Assembly (NCBI GenBank): GCA_964468225.1
Contig: CAYXVC010000002.1
Coordinates: forward strand, 5,016-54,923
Source: an uncultured Gammaproteobacteria bacterium
Lineage (GTDB): Bacteria; Pseudomonadota; Gammaproteobacteria; JAADGQ01
Length of the DNA: 49,908 nucleotides
Direction of reading: 5' to 3'
Shown: piece by piece, positions 40,461 to 49,908 of the stretch
Numbering within the stretch: position 1 is the stretch's first letter
Layout of the letters: every line of letters starts with the position of its first letter
The notes under the pieces: generated by a model
Told to the model about the DNA's origin: nothing
Seen by the model: the letters and a program-made list of their open reading frames with translations, nothing else
Database searches by the model: none
Position numbers and translations under genes: made by a program

Positions 40461-42674
40461 TTATTTTGGTTGAATTAATTTGATCTCCCAACAATTATGA
40501 ATTTTACTATTGCGTGTAAAATCTTTTGGAATAGTTTGTTGGGTAATATCTTTAATGGCCAGATGACTTAATGCTTCATGATCCATTTTAAATTTTCGAA
40601 AGTTATTTGAAAAGATCAGTGTGCCATCAGCAGTTAATAAATGCGCTGCTTGTTTGATGAGTTCGACATGATCTTTTTGAATATCAAAATTGCGCTCCAT
40701 GCGTTTGGATGTGGAGAATGTGGGGGGATCAAGGAAGATTAACCCATAACGGTTCCAGACATTGCTTTCGCTATACTTCTCTTTAAGCCATTGCAGGCAG
40801 TCTGTTCTAATGAATGAATGATTGGTTATATCAAAACCATTCAATTCCATGTTCCGCTTCGCCCACTCATAATAGGTTTTTGACATGTCAATGGTGGTTG
40901 TTGTTTTTGCTCCACCCATGGCCGCATGCACGCTGGCGCTACCTGTGTATGCAAACAGATTTAATACGCGCTGATTAGCTGCCAGTTTACCGATCAAACT
41001 GCGCGTCATTCGGTGATCAAGAAACAGGCCTATATCAAGGTAGTCTGTAAAATTAACTAAAAACCGGCACGGGCCTTCAGCGACTTCAATAAAATTTTCA
41101 TCGGAGGCTTGCTTTTCATATTGTGTATTGCCTTTTTGGCGGCGACGGACTTTGAAAAAAAGCTGTTCCATTGGAATATCCAGTATTCCAGGCAATACTG
41201 CGAGTGCTTCACGTAAGCGAGTTTTGGCCTTGGCGGGATCAATCGTTTTAGGCGCTTCGTACTCTTGAACACAGATTCGCTTTTTGCCATTCACATCGTG
41301 AAATAGATCAATTGCCAAGGAATATTCGGGAAGATCAGCATCATAAATTCGATAACAACTGATCTCTTCGCGTTTTGCCCAACGTTTCAGTGCTTTCATA
41401 TTTTTGCGAAGGCGATTCGCAAACATCTGTGCGCCATCACTGAGCTCTTCGGGCGTTGCCGGTTTTGGCATCGCGACTCCACCGGATAGAATGGGGCGTT
41501 CGATAAACCACTTTTCTTGCAGATCGAATCTAAGCAGTTTGCAGGGCAATGCACCATTAAAAAGTGCATGTTGTTTGTGAGGGCGCATTCCCATGCGTTT
41601 GGCGAGATCAAGATTGCCCGTGAATACCGCCGCTTGCCAGCCGACAAAATGCTCTTTTAACTTGTCGCCCAGATCGGCATATAAAACAGTAAGTTCTTCC
41701 ATTTCGCCCAAACGTTCACCGTAAGGTGGGTTGACAATGAGCAGCCCAGCCTTTGCATCAGTGGGGGCTTCTAATTCAGACAGATCACGTTGATGAATGT
41801 GGATGTCATTAATCAAGCCGACTGCATCGACATTTTCAATAGAAGCACGAACTGATCGACGATCTGTATCAAAGCCAAATATGGCTGGTTTTTCTTTTAA
41901 TTGGCCTTGCTCACGGCGACCCAGTGCTTCATTGTGTAACCCCTCCCAAAGTGGTGCATCATGTTTTTTCCAGCCGATAAAGCCAAAAAAGTCACGATCT
42001 AAACCGGGAGCAATATCCATGGCTATCAGTGCTGCTTCAATGAGAAACGTGCCTGAGCCGCACATCGGATCCACCAGTGCACCGCCTTTTTGTGCAATTT
42101 CAGGCCATCCGGCACGTAATAAAAGCGCAGCAGCCAGATTTTCTTTCAAAGGAGCTTTGACAGTTTCAATGCGATAACCGCGCTTATGGAGGCTGTCACC
42201 GGAAAGGTCGATACTGACACTGGCCTGATCTCGATGCAGATGGACATTAATACGTAAATCAGGCCGGTGAGTGTCAACAGATGGACGTTCATCGCAGCGG
42301 TCTCGAAATTGATCGACAATCGCATCTTTAACTTTTAATGCTGCAAAATGGCTGTGGGTGATACGTGAATCTGAAAGGTTGAAATCAATCGCTAACGTAT
42401 CATAAGCGCTCATGTGCTCAGACCAATTAATCTCCTGAATATTCTCATAAAGTGCTTCGGGAGTCGGTGCATGAAAGTTGGCCAGAGGCAGTAAAATTCT
42501 ATTCGCAGTGCGCGACCAAAGGCAGGCGCGGTAAGCGACCTCCAGTGTTCCTTCGAATATGACACCGGCAGGCTGTTCCTTGAGATTTGTTGCTCCAAGC
42601 GTTTTTAATTCATCAAATAAAAGTGAAGCAACGCCCTTGGGGGCAGTGGCGAAGAGCGGGAAAGTTGAGATCAT
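40461..42674 (-). CDS. rlmKL: Bifunctional 23S rRNA m2G2445/m7G2069 methyltransferase
   Basis: THUMP region, APLKENLAAA, DPMCGSGT, NPPYGER, GLFLDHR, LNLFAYTG, DPPTFS, IHNCW; ATG 42674 chosen. Confidence 0.96.
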   Translation of the reverse strand: MISTFPLFATAPKGVASLLFDELKTLGATNLKEQPAGVIFEGTLEVAYRACLWSRTANRILLPLANFHAPTPEALYENIQEINWSEHMSAYDTLAIDFNLSDSRITHSHFAALKVKDAIVDQFRDRCDERPSVDTHRPDLRINVHLHRDQASVSIDLSGDSLHKRGYRIETVKAPLKENLAAALLLRAGWPEIAQKGGALVDPMCGSGTFLIEAALIAMDIAPGLDRDFFGFIGWKKHDAPLWEGLHNEALGRREQGQLKEKPAIFGFDTDRRSVRASIENVDAVGLINDIHIHQRDLSELEAPTDAKAGLLIVNPPYGERLGEMEELTVLYADLGDKLKEHFVGWQAAVFTGNLDLAKRMGMRPHKQHALFNGALPCKLLRFDLQEKWFIERPILSGGVAMPKPATPEELSDGAQMFANRLRKNMKALKRWAKREEISCYRIYDADLPEYSLAIDLFHDVNGKKRICVQEYEAPKTIDPAKAKTRLREALAVLPGILDIPMEQLFFKVRRRQKGNTQYEKQASDENFIEVAEGPCRFLVNFTDYLDIGLFLDHRMTRSLIGKLAANQRVLNLFAYTGSASVHAAMGGAKTTTTIDMSKTYYEWAKRNMELNGFDITNHSFIRTDCLQWLKEKYSESNVWNRYGLIFLDPPTFSTSKRMERNFDIQKDHVELIKQAAHLLTADGTLIFSNNFRKFKMDHEALSHLAIKDITQQTIPKDFTRNSKIHNCWEIKLIQPK

Positions 42675-42797
42675 GGGAGTGCCTTCTGGCAAAAAAGTGC
42701 ATTTTACAAGGTGTGCGGCTTTATTTAAAGGTAAAATAATTTACTCATTTGCCGATATTAATCAGGTACTTTTTTGATTGATACAGGAAAGCAAGGA

Positions 42798-43868
42798 ATG
42801 CAAAGTTTCATAATTTACTGTTTTGCAGGAATAACAACAGGGTTGTTTATCTGGTCACTGAGTGCGATAGCATTACGCATCGGTTTTGTCGATCACCCTT
42901 GTTCTCGTAAAGTGCATTGTGGGCAAGTACCATTAGTGGGCGGTATTGCCATGTTTAGTAGTTTTATTTTAACCATTTTTCTCTGGGGTCTCGCCAGTGA
43001 CCCTCTGTTTCTTTCCTTTTTAGTTGCCTCTGTTTTGTTAATCATTGTGGGTGCGATTGATGATTATAAATCACTCTCAACACGCATACGTTTCATTGTT
43101 CAATTTATAGCAGCCTTCATTATGGTTGTTTGGGGTGGACTGGTGATAGAGGATCTTGGTGCTTTGACCGGTTATGGTTCTATTGTATTAGGAAGTTGGG
43201 CGGTGCCATTTACGATTGTTGCTATTGTTGGGGTTATTAATGCCTTTAATATGTCCGATGGCATTGATGGATTGGCCGGTGGCTTAGCGGTATTGGCATT
43301 TTCCCTGCTGAGTGTTCTTGCGTTTTCAGGGGGACGGGGTGGAGATGGTCTGATTTTATTGTTATTAGCAAGTGTGGTGGCTGTGTTTCTTTTGTTTAAC
43401 TTGAGAATTGGCAAAAGAGAGCAAGCACGGGTGTTTATGGGGGATGCCGGTAGTATGTTTTTGGGCGGGGCACTGTGTTGGTTTGCTATTTCATTATCTC
43501 AAGGTGAGGCGAAAGTCATGGAGCCTGCTGCTGCTGTCTGGATTCTGGCGATACCATTGTTGGACACGCTATGCTTGATTATTCGCAGACTGAGGCGTGG
43601 AGAGTCGCCGTGTGCGGGTGGAAGAGATCATTTGCATCATATTTTACTGGATTCGGGTTTGAGTGTGAACCGATCTGTTTTGGTCATCTGTAGTATTGCC
43701 GCGCTGTTCGGAGGCGTTGCAGTGATAGGGACTCTTTGGTATGTTGAAACTTATCTGTATTTTGTCAGTTTTCTTGTGCTGTTTGCGGCTTACCTATGGA
43801 TCATGTGCATGTGGGATGATCGATCTATGATTTCTTATGAAATGGATTTTGAGGAAGGTGGTGCTTGA
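42798..43868 (+). CDS. WecA/MraY-family (glycosyltransferase 4) undecaprenyl-phosphate HexNAc-1-phosphate transferase
   Basis: RKVH...VPLVGG, GAIDD, NAFNMSDGIDGL, VFMGDAGS, DHLHH; multi-TM. Confidence 0.92.
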   Translation: MQSFIIYCFAGITTGLFIWSLSAIALRIGFVDHPCSRKVHCGQVPLVGGIAMFSSFILTIFLWGLASDPLFLSFLVASVLLIIVGAIDDYKSLSTRIRFIVQFIAAFIMVVWGGLVIEDLGALTGYGSIVLGSWAVPFTIVAIVGVINAFNMSDGIDGLAGGLAVLAFSLLSVLAFSGGRGGDGLILLLLASVVAVFLLFNLRIGKREQARVFMGDAGSMFLGGALCWFAISLSQGEAKVMEPAAAVWILAIPLLDTLCLIIRRLRRGESPCAGGRDHLHHILLDSGLSVNRSVLVICSIAALFGGVAVIGTLWYVETYLYFVSFLVLFAAYLWIMCMWDDRSMISYEMDFEEGGA

Positions 43869-44911
43869 TTGTGGGCCGCCTCTTCTGAATCGGCAGTGCC
43901 TAGCAATACCGCAAGCCAGTGTGTTTCGTCCCGGCTATCCAATGCAATTTTAACAGTCATTGTTAATGGTACGGAAAGAAACATTCCTACTGGCCCCAGC
44001 ACCCATCCCCAAAAGACTAATGATAAAAATACAACCAATGGGGATAAACCCAATCCACGTCCCATAAAACGTGGCTCTAATATATTTCCTACTACAACGT
44101 TGACCACCAGAAAGCCGATGGCAGTACTGATCGCCGCTCCCGTTCCTAATTGAACCAAAGCAAGTAGTACCACAGGAACAGCAGCTATAATTGAGCCTAT
44201 GTTGGGAACAAAGTTGAGCATAAATGCCAGCAATCCCCAAAGCAGTGGGTAATCAACACCAACAATGATAAGCCAGAGGGTGATTAAAACGGCGGTCAGA
44301 AGGCTGGCGATACTTTTGATGGCCAGGTAACTTTTTACTGTTGAGGTGAACTTTTGGAAAGGAATAAGTGAATCTTTTTGATCGCCCAGAGCAATACGCA
44401 GTTTTCTTGGGAAACTGGATGTTTCAAACAGAATAAAAACAACAGTCAGAAGAATTAAAAAGGCATTTCCTAAAGCCCCCCCCAGACCATTGAGTGTTTG
44501 AGCCGCCAGTTTCATTGCAACAGCGGGGTCAAATGCGGAGGTCAATGCTTCCAGTGATATTTCAAATCCAAAACTTTCAGCCCATAATCTTAATTGCATC
44601 ATCTGTTCGGTGAGGCGCTCCTGGTAAAACGGAAGGTCGGCTGAAAAACTGTTGAGTGATGAGCCAATCAGAGCCCCTAATCCCAGTACAACAGTAATGA
44701 CAATCGTGATGACAACGACCATGGCAAGTGATCGGGGAAGCCCGCGATCTTCTAGCCAGAATAGAGGCGGTGCGCTAATAATGGCGATAAATATAGAGAG
44801 TAAAAAAGGAATAATAATGGGCTTGGCTGCCTGCATACCAGCAACAACAATAACGAATGCCGCAATATAAAGCAGTATGGGGATACCCATAGTATGTTTT
44901 GCTTGTGCCAT
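43835..44911 (-). CDS. AI-2E (PerM/TqsA/YhhT-like) family transporter
   Basis: LNFVPNIGS, GNILEPRFMGRGLGLS, WGWVLGPVGMFLSVPLT. Confidence 0.92.
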   Translation of the reverse strand: MAQAKHTMGIPILLYIAAFVIVVAGMQAAKPIIIPFLLSIFIAIISAPPLFWLEDRGLPRSLAMVVVITIVITVVLGLGALIGSSLNSFSADLPFYQERLTEQMMQLRLWAESFGFEISLEALTSAFDPAVAMKLAAQTLNGLGGALGNAFLILLTVVFILFETSSFPRKLRIALGDQKDSLIPFQKFTSTVKSYLAIKSIASLLTAVLITLWLIIVGVDYPLLWGLLAFMLNFVPNIGSIIAAVPVVLLALVQLGTGAAISTAIGFLVVNVVVGNILEPRFMGRGLGLSPLVVFLSLVFWGWVLGPVGMFLSVPLTMTVKIALDSRDETHWLAVLLGTADSEEAAHNQAPPSSKSIS

Positions 44912-45024
44912 ATTTTGTTTTTTTGCTCTTGTAAAGCGGTTTATTTTAGAGGGAAAACCAAATTTCCCATGAATTTTATTATGTCACACTATACTGGAAT
45001 CAGTGAAAATTGAGAAAGTGATAC

Positions 45025-45072
45025 GCCATTTTTCTGGCAATTTTCCTCCATAAAGCCCGTCAAATTTTTGCC
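45025..45072. promoter_or_regulatory. Putative enhancer-binding protein (FleQ/FlrA-like) sites
   Basis: GCCA-TTTTTC-TGGC (45025-45038) and GTCA-AATTTT-TGCC (45059-45072) resemble GTCA-N6-TGAC; 100-145 bp upstream of the sigma54 site. Confidence 0.45.
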
Positions 45073-45170
45073 ATTTTCGATGATCTTTTTGATTACCATA
45101 CAAATAGTGCACGTTCTCAAGCTCTTTTAACACCTCACCTTAGAAAGAAAAACTGATTAAATGATTTAAC

Positions 45171-45186
45171 TGGCGCAAATTTTGCT
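45171..45186 (+). promoter_or_regulatory. Sigma54 (-24/-12) promoter of the fliL operon
   Basis: TGGCGC-AAATT-TTGCT with exact GG-N10-GC spacing, about 40 bp upstream of fliL. Confidence 0.82.
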
Positions 45187-45227
45187 TACCCTCTACATGT
45201 ATTATTTTAACAAGTGGAGTGAGCAAC

Positions 45228-45740
45228 ATGGCTGAAGAAGAGACAGAAGCATCTGAAGAAGGTGAAAAGAAGAAGAAAGGCGGGAATCTTCTTGTCATTA
45301 TCCTGATCGTATTGATAGTTCTTATATTAGGCGGAGTCGGCGCTCTTTTTATGACCGGTGTCGTGAAAATAGGTGGAGAAGAGGTTCCTCAGGAGGAGAG
45401 TCAGGTGCAAGAAGAGAGTCATGAGCCTATTTATTTCAAACTCGAACCTGCTTTTGTTTCTAACATCACCTTGAAAAAACGTTCAAGATTTATCCAAATT
45501 GCGATTGAAGTGGTTTCAACTGATCCTGAGGCCATTGAAAATGTAAAAATGCATAATCCTGTGATACGTAATAATTTGGGCATTTTATTTAGCGGTATCA
45601 GTGATGAAGAGGTGAGTACTAAGGAAGGTAAAGAGCAACTCCGCAATAAAGTATTAAAAGAGATACAAAGCATATTGAAAGATAAGTCCGGAGTTGAGGG
45701 CATTGATGATGTGTTCTTTACCGGATTTGTGGTTCAGTAA
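45228..45740 (+). CDS. fliL: Flagellar basal body-associated protein FliL
   Basis: KKKK then TM helix, FVSN, PVIRN, GKEQLR, FFTGFVVQ; GGAG before ATG 45228 (GTG 45219 is an alternative start). Confidence 0.93.
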   Translation: MAEEETEASEEGEKKKKGGNLLVIILIVLIVLILGGVGALFMTGVVKIGGEEVPQEESQVQEESHEPIYFKLEPAFVSNITLKKRSRFIQIAIEVVSTDPEAIENVKMHNPVIRNNLGILFSGISDEEVSTKEGKEQLRNKVLKEIQSILKDKSGVEGIDDVFFTGFVVQ

Positions 45741-45746
45741 GCCGCT

Positions 45747-46745
45747 ATGTCAGCAAATGATCTGTTATCACAGGATGAAATTGATGCGCTGTTGCACGGT
45801 GTCTCCAGCGGCGATGTAGAGACTGAAGAGTTTGAACCCGGTGAAGAGGGAGCGGCCTCTTCTTATGATTTCAATAGTCAGGATCGCATTGTTCGCGGTC
45901 GAATGCCGACTCTTGAGATGATTAACGAACGCTTTGCACGTTATTTCAGAATCAGTCTTTTTAATATGTTGCGGCGCACTGCAGAAATATCGGTGGAAGG
46001 GGTGCAGATGCTCAAGTTTGCAGAGTATGTGCACAGCTTGTTTGTACCCACCAGTTTGAATTTGGTGAAGGCCAACCCGCTGCGAGGAACGATGCTGTTT
46101 ATCATCGACCCCAAGCTGGTATTTATTATTGTTGATAATTTTTTTGGAGGCGATGGCCGTCACGCCAAGATTGAGGGGCGTGAATTTACGATGACTGAGC
46201 AACGCGTCATCCAGATTGTATTAAAGCAAGTGTTTGAAGATATGAGTGAAGCGTGGGAAGCAGTCATGCCACTGGAGTACGAATATTTAAGCTCCGAAGT
46301 GAACCCCCATTTTGCCAATATTGTGAGTCCCAGTGAAGTGGTTGTGGTTAGTACTTTTAATATTGAACTGGATGGGGGAAGCGGCTCATTTCATGCGGTG
46401 ATTCCGTACGCCATGCTGGAACCGATCCGTGAATTACTAGATGCAGGGATTCAAAGTGATCGTGTTGAAACAGACGAACGCTGGTCGAATGCTTTGCGCA
46501 GTGAGATTAATTCGTCTTTGGTGGGTATGAGCTCGACGTTAGTTGAAACAGAGATCACATTACGTGATGTGATGAACATGAAAGCAGGCGACATTATTCC
46601 AATAGATATTGAGGATGAGATTCATATGGATGTTGAAGGTGTGCCAATATTTAACGGTTCATTTGGTGTCTCGCGCGGCAACATTGCATTTAAAGTTGCA
46701 GGAAAAATCGAACGGCAAGAAGCAGGTTCAGGAGCGAGAGAATGA
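45747..46745 (+). CDS. fliM: Flagellar motor switch protein FliM
   Basis: LSQDEIDALL CheY-binding motif, YDF, INERFAR, FFGG, REFT. Confidence 0.97.
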   Translation: MSANDLLSQDEIDALLHGVSSGDVETEEFEPGEEGAASSYDFNSQDRIVRGRMPTLEMINERFARYFRISLFNMLRRTAEISVEGVQMLKFAEYVHSLFVPTSLNLVKANPLRGTMLFIIDPKLVFIIVDNFFGGDGRHAKIEGREFTMTEQRVIQIVLKQVFEDMSEAWEAVMPLEYEYLSSEVNPHFANIVSPSEVVVVSTFNIELDGGSGSFHAVIPYAMLEPIRELLDAGIQSDRVETDERWSNALRSEINSSLVGMSSTLVETEITLRDVMNMKAGDIIPIDIEDEIHMDVEGVPIFNGSFGVSRGNIAFKVAGKIERQEAGSGARE

Positions 46746-47227
46746 GTGATGAAAAACAGGATGATCAAGCGCTTGCGGATGAGTGGGCAGCTGCACTGGA
46801 TGAGTCGGGTGACAGTGAAAATGAAGAGGCTGAGAGTGCTGAAACGGTTGCGGAGACAGCCGAAACAGTAGAGCAGAAGGAGCCAGAGCCAGCAGCAAGC
46901 CCAACAACAGCAGCAGTACCTGCAGCTGATTTCCCGAACTTGCAAGAGGAGGGTGCAATTATAGGTGATAGTAATCTGGATATGATTCTGGATATTCCTG
47001 TCACGATTGCAATGGAGCTTGGGCGTACAAAAATCAGTATCAGAAATTTACTGCAACTGAATCAGGGTTCAGTGGTGGAGTTGGATCGTTTGGCTGGTGA
47101 ACCGATGGATGTGCTGGTCAATAATACGTTAGTCGCACATGGCGAAGTGGTCGTGGTGAATGAGAAATTTGGTATTCGTTTAACCGATGTAGTGAGTACC
47201 TCTGAGCGAGTAAAAAATCTTAAGTAG
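46742..47227 (+). CDS. fliN: Flagellar motor switch protein FliN
   Basis: ADEWAAAL, ILDIPV, ELGRT, GEVVVVNEKFGIRLT. Confidence 0.97.
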   Translation: MSDEKQDDQALADEWAAALDESGDSENEEAESAETVAETAETVEQKEPEPAASPTTAAVPAADFPNLQEEGAIIGDSNLDMILDIPVTIAMELGRTKISIRNLLQLNQGSVVELDRLAGEPMDVLVNNTLVAHGEVVVVNEKFGIRLTDVVSTSERVKNLK

Positions 47228-47242
47228 TAGGGGAGGGACGGC

Positions 47243-47695
47243 ATGATGTTTCATAGAAAAAAATGGATTTCACGGGGCATGATGACTGCTGTTTTTTTAC
47301 CTTCATTTCTATGGGCTGCGGATGAAGTGCCATTGGAAAAAACGCTACAAAGCCCTTTAAATACAGAAAGTATGATGAGCGTTATATTGAGCCTGTTTTT
47401 GATAGTGGCTTTGATATTGGTAGCAGCCTGGGTCTTTAAACGTTTTGGTCAATTTCAAAGTATCCCGCATCACGAGTTAAAAATGCTGGCCAGTTTATCA
47501 ACGGGGCAACGTGAACGCATTGTATTGTTGCAGGTGGGAGAGAAACAGTTATTAGTGGGGGTAACTCAGGGGAGTATTCGCACACTTCATGAACTGGAAA
47601 AACCGATTCAAACACAAAAGCCGGGTTCAGAAAATATCTCTTTTATTGAGCGATTGACGGTGGCTATGAAAAAACAGGGTGAGAAAAAATCATGA
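47243..47695 (+). CDS. fliO: Flagellar biosynthesis protein FliO
   Basis: TM helix, [16 protein letters not shown]; between fliN and fliP. Confidence 0.92.
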   Translation: MMFHRKKWISRGMMTAVFLPSFLWAADEVPLEKTLQSPLNTESMMSVILSLFLIVALILVAAWVFKRFGQFQSIPHHELKMLASLSTGQRERIVLLQVGEKQLLVGVTQGSIRTLHELEKPIQTQKPGSENISFIERLTVAMKKQGEKKS

Positions 47696-48429
47696 AACAC
47701 TTATTGCTGTTTTTTTTAACTCTTCTGATTCCAGTCGCAGCGCTTGCCGAGCCCGGGCTTCCCACCGTATCAGTGACCACTGATTCCTCAGGCGAACAGA
47801 CCTATACGCTGAGCATTCAGGCATTAGCCATGATGACAGGCTTTGCGTTTTTGCCCGCAGCACTGTTGATGATGACCTCATTTGCCCGAATTATTATAGT
47901 GCTTTCAATTTTGCGTCAGGCGCTGGGCACGATGCAGACACCGACCACACAGATATTAATAGCATTAGCGCTGTTTCTGACTTTTTTTATTATGGAGCCT
48001 GTTTTTGACAAGGTCTATCACGACGGAATTGCACCTTATCTTGAAAATGAGATTGGCCCTCAGGAAGCCTTCGAAAAAGCAAGAGAACCTATACGTGAAT
48101 TTATGATGGCTCAAACGCGTGATACAGACATCAGTATGTTTGCCAATATTTCCGGAAAAACAGATATCGCATCTCCTGAGGATGTGCCTTTCTCGCTGTT
48201 AATGCCAGCGTTTATTACCAGTGAATTAAAAACTGCGTTTCAAATTGGTTTTTTAATCTTTATTCCTTTTTTAATTATTGATCTCGTAGTAGCCAGTGTG
48301 CTCATGGCGATGGGCATGATGATGCTTTCACCGATGATTATTTCATTGCCATTTAAAATCATGCTGTTTGTTTTAGTGGATGGCTGGGCGCTCATTATGG
48401 GTACGCTGGCAGCAAGTTTTTATACATAA
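47692..48429 (+). CDS. fliP: Flagellar export gate FliP
   Basis: [44 protein letters not shown]. Confidence 0.97.
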   Translation: MKHLLLFFLTLLIPVAALAEPGLPTVSVTTDSSGEQTYTLSIQALAMMTGFAFLPAALLMMTSFARIIIVLSILRQALGTMQTPTTQILIALALFLTFFIMEPVFDKVYHDGIAPYLENEIGPQEAFEKAREPIREFMMAQTRDTDISMFANISGKTDIASPEDVPFSLLMPAFITSELKTAFQIGFLIFIPFLIIDLVVASVLMAMGMMMLSPMIISLPFKIMLFVLVDGWALIMGTLAASFYT

Positions 48430-48455
48430 ATTTATAGATATAAAGGGAGAATGTT

Positions 48456-48728
48456 ATGACCCCAGAATTTGTATTAACAATAGGCAGACAAGCGTTGGAA
48501 GTGACTTTGGCTATGGTGGCCGTGCTACTGGTTCCAGCGTTGGTCGTCGGATTGTTGGTGAGCACGTTTCAGGCCGCAACACAGATCAATGAAGCTACTT
48601 TAAGCTTTATTCCAAAATTGATGATCACATTTGCTGCGCTGCTGATGGCGGGGCCCTGGATGTTGCAATTGTTAACTACCTATACGCAACGTTTGTATGA
48701 AGGTATTCCTACCATGATCGGGCTTTAG
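48456..48728 (+). CDS. fliQ: Flagellar export gate FliQ
   Basis: FQAATQINEATLSFIPK. Confidence 0.97.
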   Translation: MTPEFVLTIGRQALEVTLAMVAVLLVPALVVGLLVSTFQAATQINEATLSFIPKLMITFAALLMAGPWMLQLLTTYTQRLYEGIPTMIGL

Positions 48729-48735
48729 GAAACGG

Positions 48736-49509
48736 ATGCATTTTCAAGCCACTGAAATTATAGAATGGATTGGCAGCTACTTTTGGCCTTTTGTGCGCAT
48801 TGGCGGCATGTTAATGATCGCCCCCATATTCTCAGGGCGCATGATTCCGGTACGCATTCGAATCGTGATTGCCATCGTGCTGACGGTTACGATTGCACCG
48901 CTTGCTCCGCCGATGCCCGTTGTTGATCCATTAGGGCCGGAAGGCATATTAATTACATTTTACCAATTGGTGATTGGTTTAATGATGGGCTTTGCACTGC
49001 GGATTGTTTTTACTGCATTGGAAATGGGTGGGCAGGTGATTGGCCAATTGATGGGGCTAGGTTTTGCTCAAATGGTTGATCCTCAAAACGGTGTTTCAGT
49101 GCCTGTTGTGGGTCAAATTTATAATATATTGGGCACGTTGATTTTTGTCACATTAAATGGCCACTTGATTTTAATTGAAGTGCTCGCCAATAGCTTTCAA
49201 TCCATGCCTGTCACGTTAGAGGGAATACCCATCAGCCATTTTTGGGATATGTTGATGTGGGGAAGCTGGATGTTTTTTGGAGCCATTATGATTGCAATTC
49301 CTGCGATTGCGGCTCTGTTTGTAGTGAATGTTGCTTTTGCAGTATTGGCACGAACTGCGCCTCAGCTGAATATTTTTGCAGTTGGTTTCCCTATTACTTT
49401 AATACTGGGCTTCATTATTATTATTTTATCGCTTCCCAGTTTTTACCCCCAGTTTGAGAAGTTACTCGAAAATGGCTTTGCTGTCATAAAACGGATTGTG
49501 GGGTTGTAA
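48736..49509 (+). CDS. fliR: Flagellar export gate FliR
   Basis: QLMGLGFAQMVDP, LNGH, RTAPQLNIFAVGFP. Confidence 0.97.
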   Translation: MHFQATEIIEWIGSYFWPFVRIGGMLMIAPIFSGRMIPVRIRIVIAIVLTVTIAPLAPPMPVVDPLGPEGILITFYQLVIGLMMGFALRIVFTALEMGGQVIGQLMGLGFAQMVDPQNGVSVPVVGQIYNILGTLIFVTLNGHLILIEVLANSFQSMPVTLEGIPISHFWDMLMWGSWMFFGAIMIAIPAIAALFVVNVAFAVLARTAPQLNIFAVGFPITLILGFIIIILSLPSFYPQFEKLLENGFAVIKRIVGL

Positions 49510-49515
49510 ACCGAT

Positions 49516-49908
49516 ATGGCAGAGAGCGAAAGCGGGCAAGAAAAAACAGAAGAACCCACCCCCAAAAAACTGCAAAAGGCCAAAGACAAAGGGCAAATTG
49601 CTCGTTCCAAAGAGCTTACAACGTTAATGGTGATGATGGCATCATCCGGAGGGTTGATTTTTTTTGGAAGCGGCATGGTGCAAGACCTGATGACGATCCT
49701 TGAAAAAGGATTGACCATTGAGCGAAAAACTATTTTCAGTGAGCAGGCAGCAACGCTTAAGTTCTTCGATGCTCTTTTTGATGGGCTTTGGATGCTTGCC
49801 CCATTGTTTGCTCTGTTATTTGTTGTGGCTCTTTTTTCACCGGTGTTGCTCGGCGGAATCTCTTTTGCATCGCTGGGGTTCAAGATTGAAAAAATTAATC
49901 CCGCGAAA
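49516..49908 (+). CDS. flhB: Flagellar export protein FlhB (3'-truncated by the window; not in the ORF track)
   Basis: Translated by hand from ATG 49516: MAESESGQEKTEEPTPKKLQKAKDKGQIARSKEL...KINP; open to the window end. Confidence 0.96.
   Translation, partial: MAESESGQEKTEEPTPKKLQKAKDKGQIARSKELTTLMVMMASSGGLIFFGSGMVQDLMTILEKGLTIERKTIFSEQAATLKFFDALFDGLWMLAPLFALLFVVALFSPVLLGGISFASLGFKIEKINPAK

Noticed and set aside
42687-42701. TGGCAAAAAAGTGCA upstream of the WecA-like gene as a sigma54 promoter
   Set aside because: GG-to-GC spacing is 9 nt rather than the required 10.
49443-49883. 146-aa minus-strand ORF at the window end
   Set aside because: Shadow of flhB, which is open on the + strand from 49516 but missing from the ORF track because it has no stop inside the window.

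Overview
Gene-dense chromosomal window from a non-enteric gammaproteobacterium. The taxonomy is inferred from the tpiA-secG-tRNA-Leu-nuoA..N order and the 14-gene complex I with separate nuoC and nuoD. Gene order: yebC(partial)-ruvCAB-ybgC-tolQRAB-pal-cpoB-queE-queC; minus-strand ftsB-ispD-ispF; a ~5.7 kb accessory patch (VanZ, a kexin/furin-like S8 lipoprotein protease plus a downstream partner gene, a GT2 glycosyltransferase and a WcaJ-type priming transferase); holC-valS-tandem LEA_2 lipoprotein-mnmC; mscS; tpiA-secG-tRNA-Leu(GAG)-nuoA-N; FKBP PPIase; rlmKL; WecA-like transferase; AI-2E transporter; and a sigma54-type promoter ahead of fliLMNOPQR-flhB(partial). I saw no CRISPR array, rRNA, integrase or transposase. 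The best candidate for an unusual system is 11222-13538. The protease has no room for a propeptide, and the next gene encodes what looks like a free-standing S8 prodomain ending in a dibasic Lys-Arg. Both proteins have lipoprotein signal peptides. This suggests a membrane-anchored protease with its propeptide supplied in trans, with Aeromonas ASP/ORF2 as the known precedent. All calls come from motif recognition by eye; no searches were run.
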